Below the pieces are notes generated by a model. That model saw only the letters and a program-made list of their open reading frames with translations. It had not been told where the DNA came from and made no database searches. The position numbers were made by a program, and so were the translations under genes. Below are positions 26,418-36,714 of a stretch of 64,000 bases of DNA, piece by piece; the stretch's first letter is position 1; every line of letters begins with the position of its first letter. The DNA comes from Centroscyllium fabricii (Eukaryota), in assembly GCA_051313645.2 (NCBI GenBank), contig JBNRSN020000029.1, positions 40,920,001-40,984,000 on the forward strand. Direction: 5' to 3'.

Positions 26418-28000
26418 TATAATATTTTGGAGAAACTAAAGGTAGACAAATCTCCTGGGCCAGACGGGATATATCCAAGGATTCTCTGGGAGGCGAGGAA
26501 CGAAATTGCAGAGCCACTGACCTCTATCTTTAGATCATCGCTATCCTCGGGGATAGTCCCTGAGGACTGGAGAGAGGCGAATGTGGCTCCCATATTTAAA
26601 AAGGGGAAAAGGGGCGTGCCAGGGAACTACAGACCAATCAGCCTCACCTCAGTGGTTGGAAAGATGATGGAAAGGGTCCTGAGGGACAAGATCTACGACC
26701 ATCTAGAAAGGGGCAAATTAATCAGAAGCAGTCAGCACGGTTTTGTTAAGGGTAAATCGTGTCTGACCAACCTGATAGAATTCTTTGAAGAGGTGACCAG
26801 GAGTGTGGACGAGGGAAAGGCGGTTGATGTCATATATATGGACTTCAGCAAGGCGTTCGACAAGGTCCCGCACGGTCGGCTCATGAAGAAAGTAAGGAGT
26901 TGCGGGGTAAGCAGCAAAGTGGTGGGATGGATGGAGAACTGGCTGGCTCAGAGGAAGCAGAGGGTAATGGTAGAAGGCCAATACTCGAGCTGGAGACCGG
27001 TCACCAGCGGGGTACCACAGGGGTCGGTGTTGGGGCCACTACTGTTTGTAATCTTCATCAATGACTTGGAGGAGGGGGCTGAGGGGTGGGTCAGCAAATT
27101 TGCAGATGGCACAAAGATTGGGGGAGTAGTGGATGAGGAGGAAGGGAGTAGAACGATTCAGAGGGATATAGACAGGATGCAGAGCTGGGCTGAAGAATGG
27201 CAAATGGAGTTCAACACGGGGAAATGCGAGGTGATGCACTTCGGCAGGGCAAATAGGAAGAGGGAATACAGGGTCAACGGCAGGATCCTGAGTGAAGCAG
27301 AGGAGCAAAGGGATCTGGGAGTATATGTACACAGATCACTGAAGGCTGCCACCCAGGTGGACAAAGCAGTAAAAAAGGCCTATGGTGTATTGGCCTTCAT
27401 CAACAGGGGAATAGAGTTTAAGAACCGGGAGGTCATGCTGCAGTTGTACAGGTCACTGGTGAGACCACACGTGGAGTACTGTGTGCAGTTCTGGGCACCG
27501 TACTACAGGAGGGATGTGGAGGCACTGGAAAGAGTGCAGAGGAGATTCACCAGGATGCTGCCGGGAATGGGGGGAAAGTCATATGAGGAACGGTTAAGGG
27601 AACTGGGACTCTTCTCCCTGGAACGAAGAAGGAGGAGGGGGGACCTGATAGAGATGTATAAAATGATGAAGGGGATCGACAGAGTAAATGTGCAAAGACT
27701 GTTTCCCCGGGCGGGAAGAACGACAACAAGAGGACACGAGCACAAGATTCAAGGAGGAAGATTCAGACGGGATGGCAGGGGCAAGTTCTTCACACAAAGA
27801 GTGGTCGGGGAATGGAATAGGCTACCATCTGAAATAGTGGATGCGGACAGTCTGGGTGCTTTTAAAAGGATGATAGACAGGTACATGGAAGGGAAGGAAC
27901 AGTAGGGGGGACAGGAAAAATCAGAGACGGAATAAGGGCGGCACTACATTGAGGGCCCAAGGGCCTGTACAGTGCTGTATGTTCTATGTTCTATGTTCTA
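26418..28000 (+). mobile_element. Young 5'-truncated CR1 with uninterrupted RT ORF (to 27905); catalytic FADD changed to FADG
   Basis: ORF 26337-27905: [36 protein letters not shown]; (TTCTATG)n tail; flanks rejoin as tandem unit D. Confidence 0.95.
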
Positions 28001-28638
28001 ACTACTTCAAATATAGGGTAATATATCCGCTCTAGGATTTTTGTATGATATTTGCAACTAAAATGTATTAATATTGCTACACATTTCGCGCATCATTTGA
28101 GTGCCACAATTATGCGAATCACAGAGGGTAAAATTGAACATGAGCATTGATGCAAAACAAGCGTGTCACATTGCTTGCCCATTGTGGGGTCCACCCGACA
28201 TTTAATTCCGTTGGCTTCCAAAGGAATGAATTTCGGGCGTGTTTTTAATGTTTGGCAAATACGGTTATACCTGTTATGCTTCCGTGCCCATGTCCAATGT
28301 CATTGCAAAGTTACTTCTGCCGTTGGACACTTCAACACTAGAGGAAATTAAATTTGTTCCAGAAAATGCAGATGTGCATTTATGTAGCTACAGCATCACT
28401 AACGATCTAGATGTAAAAGTTCGCTCTGCCATGATTTGCATGGATAACATCATGGAGTATCCATTGGTATGTCATAATGCCCACTGACATATCAGGATGG
28501 TAACTTTACCAAGCACTATTTTTATGCAAGGGAAATTGAATCTTTAAATTAAATGAAAACACGTCATCACTATCATTATCAGCACCAGCTTACGATTATC
28601 CTCCATTCAGTGAATTAAAATCTTAATTTCAATCTTAC

Positions 28639-28674
28639 CCACATTTAATCTTCTGAATGTGGAATATTTCCATT
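28639..28674 (-). CDS. 36-nt micro-exon (phase 1 EWKYSTFRRLNV, or phase 2 MEIFHIQKIKC)
   Basis: ctttttctag|AATGG..ATGTGG|gtaaga. Confidence 0.6.
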
Positions 28675-28801
28675 CTAGAAAAAGTTGCTGTTGTATAAGA
28701 CAGCAGGAATTTTTGTAATTTTTTTTTGAATCAACACATTTGAAGTTACCATGAGATTCTCTTTAGCTGTGCATGTGGTATAACATTCTAACAAATATTA
28801 C

Positions 28802-28838
28802 CTCTGCATGCAAATTCTTTGCAACTGGATTTCCTGTT
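28802..28838 (-). CDS. 37-nt candidate exon (EQEIQLQRICMQ), frame-shifting
   Basis: gcatttag|AACAGG..GCAGAG|gtaata; 78-nt intron from the exon at 28917. Confidence 0.45.
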
Positions 28839-28916
28839 CTAAATGCAACAGTAAACTCCAGCACCGCATGACACAGTTTGGTATGGTTTGTGTGCGCCGT
28901 TCTAGTTATTGCTTAC

Positions 28917-28943
28917 CACACTTTTCTTTAAGGTCTTTGATTT
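28917..28943 (-). CDS. 27-nt phase-1 micro-exon (EIKDLKEKC)
   Basis: tactttttctcag|AAATCAAAGACCTTAAAGAAAAGTGTG|gtaagc. Confidence 0.7.
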
Positions 28944-29783
28944 CTGAGAAAAAGTATTGATGAAAACAGCCTGTTAAACGAAGGTTGCCTACCTTACTAC
29001 TTATGGAATTCATGGTATAAATGAGATCTAAACGGACAGTCGTGTGATATATATGTACGATATCTGTCAGTGTTGGGGATCGTGCAAAACCCATTTGTGT
29101 AACATGATCTATTCTCCTGAGGGAAAGACAAATATCCATTCTATGGGGAATGATGAACTCTTACAAATTCGAATTCGCAAATGATAAACATTTCAGAAAT
29201 TTATAAATGTCGGTGTTATATGTAGCGTTAAAAATATCATATTACTTTATTTCTTACAGGATTACAGATTACGTGCAACCTATACACAAATATCCAGTGT
29301 CCTTATTGCACCGCAGAATGATCGATTGCATTTTGTGTGATGCTTAGAGAAGTCCTGCAGGATTTGACGTTTGTGAGTCTCATAATTGTATGCTTCAGTA
29401 TTTTCACGTTTCATGATACATTTACTCTTGTTCTAGAATAATTGTTAAAAAGAGTAACATTTAGGGGTTGTATTACAGAAAACTCTTCCACACCACTTAT
29501 TTGCTACAAAACTGTAAACGATACCCAATTCATTAGCCTGTTTAAACAATTGCTAAACATATCATGTAGATTTTGCTCGGAAGTCTCTGGTCCCATGCAC
29601 TGGACAGTTTTCCACGACCAGGCTTTACCATCTGTATGGTGGTAAATAAACATAGAGAGAGGGGCATACAAAGTCATTCAACGTTTAAAACAAAGCTACC
29701 AGGGCACGTATTCTGGGAGCTCACAGAAGGATGCAGATGGGCAACTGGAGATATTTGGGCGAAATACATTGTAGCCGAGGATT

Positions 29784-32700
29784 GGGCGCTAAATTGGCAA
29801 ATGTTATAGCATCAGTACTGGAAATTAATGATTCGGACAACACGCTAAATTAAATGGTATCACTCGAAGAAAGGAGTGGAGCACAAAATGAAGTGCTGAT
29901 AAAATAGCGTTGCACTCCAAAGAGCTAAGCAATTTCAGATGCAGTCTAATTGTAGTTATCATTGGCACAGGCCCCTTCCAATTCTTAAATGGAAGGTTCC
30001 GTCATCCTGCAGAACCTCATTCTCAGCATTGCTATCTCTAAAGCTCTCTCAACAAGCAGCCAATGAGAACGAACCGGATTACTAAAGGAGGTTTCTTTAT
30101 GGCAGATCAATGGCCCAGGGAGAAAATGCGCAGACTCTGGCAACATGAATTGGAGGCCTTGGTCTCGGGCAGCACTGTGGTTTCCAGGACTCACACGCAG
30201 TGCAAGAAGAAATGTAACGACCTCACTCAGGTAGTGACGGTGAGTGAATGCTTCAATAAATGCTACATACCACCAGTTGAAAATCAGTCTGCACACACTG
30301 ACCGAGCACTCACCCACCCACAAACTCGATCTGCAAATACTGACACCCACATCTCACAACTTGTAAACATTGGCAGCAATTCAACAATTGCTGGCACATC
30401 TCGCAAACACATAGCCCCACAGTCAGACACGCACTTTCCTTTCGCTTGCAGGCCAAGTTCGCTCACAACAAGAAGGAGCAGGAGTGTACAGGCGGGGGAC
30501 AACCTGACACCTAACCACATTATGAGTTGGAGGAAAGTGTGATGCAAATCATTTGGCGCCAGTTGGTGGGTGCCGTGGCCACCAGCGACGAAGATCACCT
30601 TGGGGAAACAACGGTGTCCCTAGTAGATATTCTCACATCTCATTTCTTGCTCAGCCCACAAGCCTTTCCCATAATCATGATAACGTTTCCCTTCCTGCCG
30701 CCCTCTACTCACTGCAACACGACTCTTGTGACTTTATGCTTACAGATAATGTGCAAGCAGCTGAGATGCATATCCCTGAGGTTTTCAGAGAGAGCAAGGC
30801 CGAATAAGAGGAGAAAGAATACACCGCATCACTGCATGACTCACCCGCACGTACCAGCTCATATATTGGCACTATGCATTGTTTAGAGGCTAGTAGCGTA
30901 GCGGGAACTGCACAGCGTGATGGACTAGAGACGAGCGGGCTGCAGCAAAGCCAAGGGAAAATGTAGCGGACGAGTCAGGGCGATTTTGCACACATGTTCT
31001 GCTGCACAGTTCTCAGTTGAGGATTTCGATGGGGAGGCCACCAGAAGAACGGTGATAGGCATGCATACAGAGATGATAAGTGCAATGCCAAGGGTGCCTG
31101 AGAGCCTCTTGGCAATGGCAAAGTGCGTGGAGGAGTCCAGCTCCAAAATTGCAGAGCACTGTGCACTCAATGGATCACATCATTTGCAGTATGCACAGGA
31201 TGGTAGACTCTCAGGGAGACCATGGCGACCAGGGGGTCATGCTGCGTGTGACAGGCAATGTTGCAGCTTCCATTGCAGCACAGGCAGTAACGACGCAATG
31301 ACTTAGTGCTGTAATGTCATCTCTGCTTGATGCCATCGACTTCCAGACTGTTCTAATGCGGTTCCAGCTTGATGCCACACAATCTCACACTGCAGCCAAT
31401 GTGGTTGGTTCGACCAACGTTCCCCGGGGCGTTCGCTGTGTTGCAGCAGGCCAATAATCTGTGCACCAGCAGATTGTTAGTGATGCTGATGTGCAGTCCA
31501 GAGGGAGTGGCAGCTGGTCAGGATAACAGCATTCCTACTCCCAACACTGGCAAACGCAATTGCCTTATATCTGTCTGTAATCCAGGCAGCCTAGAAGGCT
31601 GCCACCCATGCTGAGGTGGTGCTGTCTACTGCTGGGCCTTCCAGGCTCAGATCTTGTCTAGGGCGTCCTACAAGGCCATCTGAAGTCTACCACATAGACA
31701 CTCAGGAGCCTTCCAGCCACAGCGCTTCAGCCACTGGGCCTAAACATCGTAGGAGCACTATGGTAGGCAAAAGCAATTTAATGAGGGACACAAAGGGATT
31801 GTACATAGGCGAGCAGCTTATATTATAATCGTGAATAGGTGTTCACTGTCTATTGATAAATGTATTAATTGGCTTTGGATGATTTGTGGTGTCTCTCGTT
31901 TTAGCTTTGCGCTGTGATATGGCCTGCGATAGCGATGGAATAATGGGGATATGTGCGCAAAGCAGACCTGGGGTTTAATGAATTGGAACCGCAGTCTGAA
32001 GAGGCCATCATGGACCGACCTTTCAGAAGGCCGATTGAGTGCTTGCCTCCTCCCTTGCTCATATTTCTGCTCTTCCTTCCCATTGCCCTCATCCACGTCT
32101 TCATATTCCTCCTCGTTCTCGTCCTACTCCTCCTCTTCCTCTTCTGGAGTGGTCCCGCGGTCCTGGTGGCAAGGGCTGCGTTTCCATGAGAGCCAAGTTG
32201 TGCAGCTTGCAGCAGATCATGAAGAAATGGGACACACGCTCAGACCAGTACTGGAGGGTTCCTTAAATGTGGTCAAGGCAACGGAACCGCTGCTTGATCA
32301 CCCCGATGATGTACTTGGTGATACTCCTGGTATCAGTATGGCTCTCATTATATGAGTGCTGAGCTGGAGTGTTGGGTTGTGGAGAGGAAGCATGAGCCAG
32401 GTCGAGAGCGGATAACGTTTGTCCATGACCAGCTAGCCGTGATCTGGATATGGTGGCTGGAAGAGTGCTGGCATACCGGTCTGGCAGAGGACAAAGGCAT
32501 CTTGGCTGCAGCCAGGATAGCAGGCATTCACATTGAGGATTCATGGCCTGTAGTCACACACCAAATGCACGTAAAGAGAGTGGTATCCTTTGCAGTTAAA
32601 GAAGACCTTAAGATTTTTATGCAGTCCCTGCAAAGCCACGTGGGTGCAGTCAATGGCGCCCTGCATTATGGGGAGGCCCGTCCACTTGGCGAATCCACAA

Positions 32701-33987
32701 CTTAGTCACTTTTCCGATTATAGAGAACGTTTTATACCTCCCGGGTGCAGCGCTGGATGGTAAAGTGTGAGATGTTCGCTCTATCTCCTGTTGCAGATGG
32801 GCAGGAACAGCTGACACAGAAACACAGAAAGTCAGAAGCTAGGAGTAGGAGTAGGCCATTCGCACCTTCGGGCCCGCTGCGCCATTTTGATAAGATCACG
32901 GCTGATCATGCAAAACCAGAACCCCCCTCCTACCCTCTCCCCATATCCCCCAATACCCCCAAATCTAAGAACTATATCTCACACACATACTCATGGACAA
33001 TTTTTAGTATCTCCAATTCACCTAACCTGCATGTCTTTGTGTAGTGGGAAGAAACCGGAGTACCTGGAGGAAACCCAGACGAACACGTGGAGAACATGCA
33101 AACTCCACGCAGAGAGGTCCCAGGCCAAGCACGATTCGAACCCAGGAGCTCCTTATTTCGAGGCAGCAGTGCTAACCACGGCGCCACTGTGCCGAAGAAT
33201 TTGAGGGCGACAGTGACTTTGACTGCCACTGAAAGGTATGTGGCCGACCTGATCTGCGGCTCGATGTCTAATTGCAGGATATGGCAGAGTTCGCTGACCA
33301 CATCCTTGCTGAAGCAGAGCATTATAATGCCCTGCTCCTAGCTTAATTGGAGGTAGGAGAAGTGCTCTCAGAATATCCTCGGAGGGCAAGTCCTCCTGTT
33401 GAAAGCATTAATGGTGCTCCTGCACCTTCTGGCCACATCTTGCAATCTTTCTCGCTGCATCCGGTCCCTCTGCAGTAGCTCTGGAGAGCGAGGTCCAATG
33501 CCAGGGCAGCCCCATTAATATAACGATGTGTACCACTTTGACATTTTGTCAGAATACATTTAACAATTTTTTAGTCGCCACGATACTCCTGGCACTAAAG
33601 AACCTTTAAATGACTGAACTAAACTCTTGCACAATCGCAAACTGACAGGGACACATTAACCTGACAGCTGCGTCTCATCCCTTTGAATTTCAACGCTGGA
33701 GCCTTCATCTGCCTGCTTCATGCCTGTCATTGCCGGGTCGAGGAGCTAAGGCAGACGGCGTTAATCAATTAGGCTGATCGGGTGCCCAGTGAACGTTTCA
33801 CACTCATTGAAGTCGCGATCTTCCTGGTGCTAAAGCCACGGACACCAACTGATAGCGGCGGCACTAAGGGGTGACTGGGTTTGGTTTGTGGCGTTGGAAT
33901 CGCCTTGCATGGCGCTACTCATTCGTGCCCCATTATGCACACCTGCCAGTTGCTAAGGCGAAGCGTGACCAACTTAATTTCTCTCCC
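29784..33987. mobile_element. Decayed autonomous-type PIF/Harbinger transposon: Myb/SANT-like gene (+) and HARBI1-like transposase (-), convergent
   Basis: RTHTQCKKKCNDL followed by a gtgagt donor; SVAVKVTVAL and YNESH..IGVIKQRFRCLD transposase fragments; TIRs gggcgctaaatt / aatttctctccc with ATT on both sides. Confidence 0.85.
32815..33193 (-). mobile_element. Full-length V-SINE (subfamily 2) inserted in the Harbinger transposase
   Basis: tRNA-like head TGGCGCCGTGG..GGTTCGAATC; acacagaa tail repeats. Confidence 0.9.
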
Positions 33988-34863
33988 ATTAAATTAAATA
34001 TCCGTCTCAGTCGGTAGCACGAAACAGTTCTATCACATTCGTCGTAAGTTACGCACGTCGCCTAATATACAGTTCCTTTGCAACAAATGGAATTAAATAT
34101 CAGGCACGGCAGATGTTACCATACCATTTGATTTGCGCCAGCGCTCGAGAATAATTCCTACATGTTTTATAACTGAAGCAAAACGACGCACTGATGTGGG
34201 CAGATCAATAATGTTGATTATCTTGTAATTTGCACTGAATGAGCTACCGTGTTGGTCGGCAGCCCAACATCGTTTTTATTGCATAGGCTGCTTGTTATAA
34301 ACCTCGCTAAATATTGCTCAATTGAAGTGAATGGAGATCATATCGAAATTTGCTGGAGTTAAACGCACGATATTTCAACTGGAACAGCAGTTAAACACTT
34401 CTAATTTTAGTTTTCACGGAAGCTAATGGTAATGAAAATTGGGAGAGCTGTGTAAATGGTGGCCAATTTAAAATTGCGCATTTTGCACGATCACCAAATG
34501 TCAAAATTATCCCCCATTGAACTGACAATCGAGCAGGACATATATGGCGGCCTATGTGTTACCACCTGATATATTCGTCTGCCAATGAGACTACTTTGAA
34601 CTGTTGCTCTGTATATTCATTCGTTGTGAAATTAAGCAGGTTCATTTTTATATCGCGTCTCGTCTTGTCAACTATTTTCGTGGCCCAAGTTCAACAAGAG
34701 TGGAGAGGTACTTGGTGGCAGATGTAAATGACGTGCACATGCGTTTCAGGAGAAGCTGGCAACGATGTTTACGCCAGGCTAACGTGAAAGTACATAATGT
34801 GCTGTGTAATCCTCTATAACCTGTAACAGCATGGGAAGCCCTTACTGCAGCAAATTACCTCAC

Positions 34864-34890
34864 TGTATTGCGAATGTATCTTGGGCAGAT
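34864..34890 (-). CDS. Candidate 27-nt phase-1 micro-exon (DLPKIHSQY)
   Basis: atttag|ATCTG..ATACA|gtgagg; in-frame alternative donor gives exon end 34846; weak pyrimidine tract. Confidence 0.35.
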
Positions 34891-34999
34891 CTAAATCTGA
34901 CATATATATTAATTGGATAACGTTCGCATGAATTCCACTCAATGGTACAAAACAAGATCTGTTCTTGCTGTTGATGCAACCACCAGGCAAATCATAATA

Positions 35000-36407
35000 T
35001 ATAAGTAATGATCTAGACGAGGGAACTAAATGTAATATCTCCAAGTTTGCAGACGACACAAAGCTGGATGGGCGTGTGTGCTGTGAGGAGGAGTCCCATA
35101 TTTTCATGTGCGGCATGGTGGCATAGTGGTTAGCACTGTTGCCTTACAGCACTAGAGACCCGGGTTCAAATCCAGCCTCGGGGACTATCTGTGTGGAGTT
35201 GGCACATTCTCCCCGTGTCTGATTGGGTTTCCTCTGGCTGCTCCGGTTTCCTCCCACAGTCCAAAGATATGCGGGTTAGGTTGATTGGCCATGATAAATT
35301 GACCCTTAGTGCTAGGGGGATTGAATATGTGGGGTTACGGGGATAGGGTGGGATATGTGTCAGTGCAGGCTCGATAGGGATCGAGGGATATGGGGACAAG
35401 GCAGGGACAGGGTACTGGGTTTGTATGATCAGCCATGATCTCATTGAATGGCGGAGCAGGCTCGAAGGGCCGAATGGCCTACTCCTGCTCCTATCTTGTA
35501 TGTTTCTATGGTTCTATGATGCAGAAAAAATTCCGTATGATATGGGCAAGTTGGGTGATTGTGCAGATGCATGGCAGATGCAGTATAATGTGGATCAAGG
35601 AGAGGTTATCCACTTTGGTGGCAAAAACACGAAGGCAGATTATTATCTGAACAAAAACAGATTGGGTGAAGTGGAAATTCTACGAGGCCTGGGTTTCCTT
35701 GTGCACCAGTCGCTGAAGGTAAGCATGCAGGTGCAGTAGGTGGTTAAGAAGGCAGATGGTATGTTGGCCTTCATAGCGCGAGGATTCGAGTACAGGAGCA
35801 AGGATGTCTTGCTGCAGTCATACAGGGCCTTGGTGAGACCACACCTTGAGTAATGTGTGCAGTTTTTGGTGCCTTATCTGAGGAACGATGTTCTTGCCAT
35901 GTTGGGAGTGCAGCGGAGATTGACCAGACCTATACCTGCGATGGCAGGAATGCGGAATGACGAGAGATTGGGTCAATTATGCTTATATTCGCTGAAGCTT
36001 AGAAGAATGAGAGGGGATCTCATTGAAACTTATAACATTCTAACAGGAGTAGACAGGCTAGATTCAGGAAGGATGTTCCTGATGGCGGGGGAGCCGAGAA
36101 CGAGGTATCAACGTCTAAGGGTAAGGGGTGAGCGATTTACGACTGAGAAGAGAATGAATTTCTTCACCCAGAGAATGGTGAACCTGTGGCATTCTCTACC
36201 ACAGGAGGCAGTGGAGGCCATTTCATTAAATATATTCAAGAATGTGTTAGATATATTCATTTAAGCTAAAGGGATCAAGGGATATGGGGACAAGGCAGGG
36301 ACAGGGTACTGAATTTGGATGATCAGCCATGATCTCATTAAATGGCGGAGCAGACGGGAGGGGCCGAATGACCTACTCCTGCTCCTATATTCTATATATC
36401 TATGTTT
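35000..36407 (+). mobile_element. 5'-truncated CR1 interrupted by a SINE
   Basis: SKFADDTK at about 35040; ORF2 C-terminal fragments, 3' UTR and tail. Confidence 0.9.
35110..35518 (+). mobile_element. Full-length HE1-type V-SINE (long tail)
   Basis: A box TGGCATAGTGG, B box GGTTCAAATCC, V-domain, CR1-derived tail. Confidence 0.95.
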
Positions 36408-36714
36408 ACAGCAAATCGGTTTACCGTCATCTCTTGATCGCAGAACTTGTGCTGCAGGTAAACACATACAGTTTAGAATTGTAGTCATAACAATTCAGTA
36501 AAGTTTCTGTTGGTGCAATTGCAGTTTTAAATCTAACATTATGGAACAAAATGAGTCAGTTCTGCACTAAGGCTGTAAAAAGCAATCTTAAAAATGTAAA
36601 GTTTTTCAGCATAAAGTCCAGATAGATACAGCGAAGAACAAGTTTGGCAGAATAATGACCATTACCTTACAAATTCCACACATTTTTAGTTGAGAGAAAA
36701 TCTCAGAATTTAAT

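Larger units (their letters stand above)
21355..28200. repeat. Diverged tandem segmental array, about 4 units (A ~21355-22230, B ~22925-23570, C ~23720-25090, D ~26130-26417 + 28001-28200)
   Basis: Shared blocks caacataattaaa..aatcaagattcgatt, ttcca(t/a)ttcagctatgaaa, tgatatttgcag, gtgaaattg, attggaagcagc, gaagtatttt..tttagcga. Confidence 0.8.

Noticed and set aside
28998-29027. 30-nt exon-like segment (DLIYTMNSIS)
   Set aside because: Would leave a 54-nt intron to the next exon, too short for a typical vertebrate intron
35110-35185. tRNA gene-like sequence
   Set aside because: It is the head of a SINE, continuing into the V-domain and LINE tail
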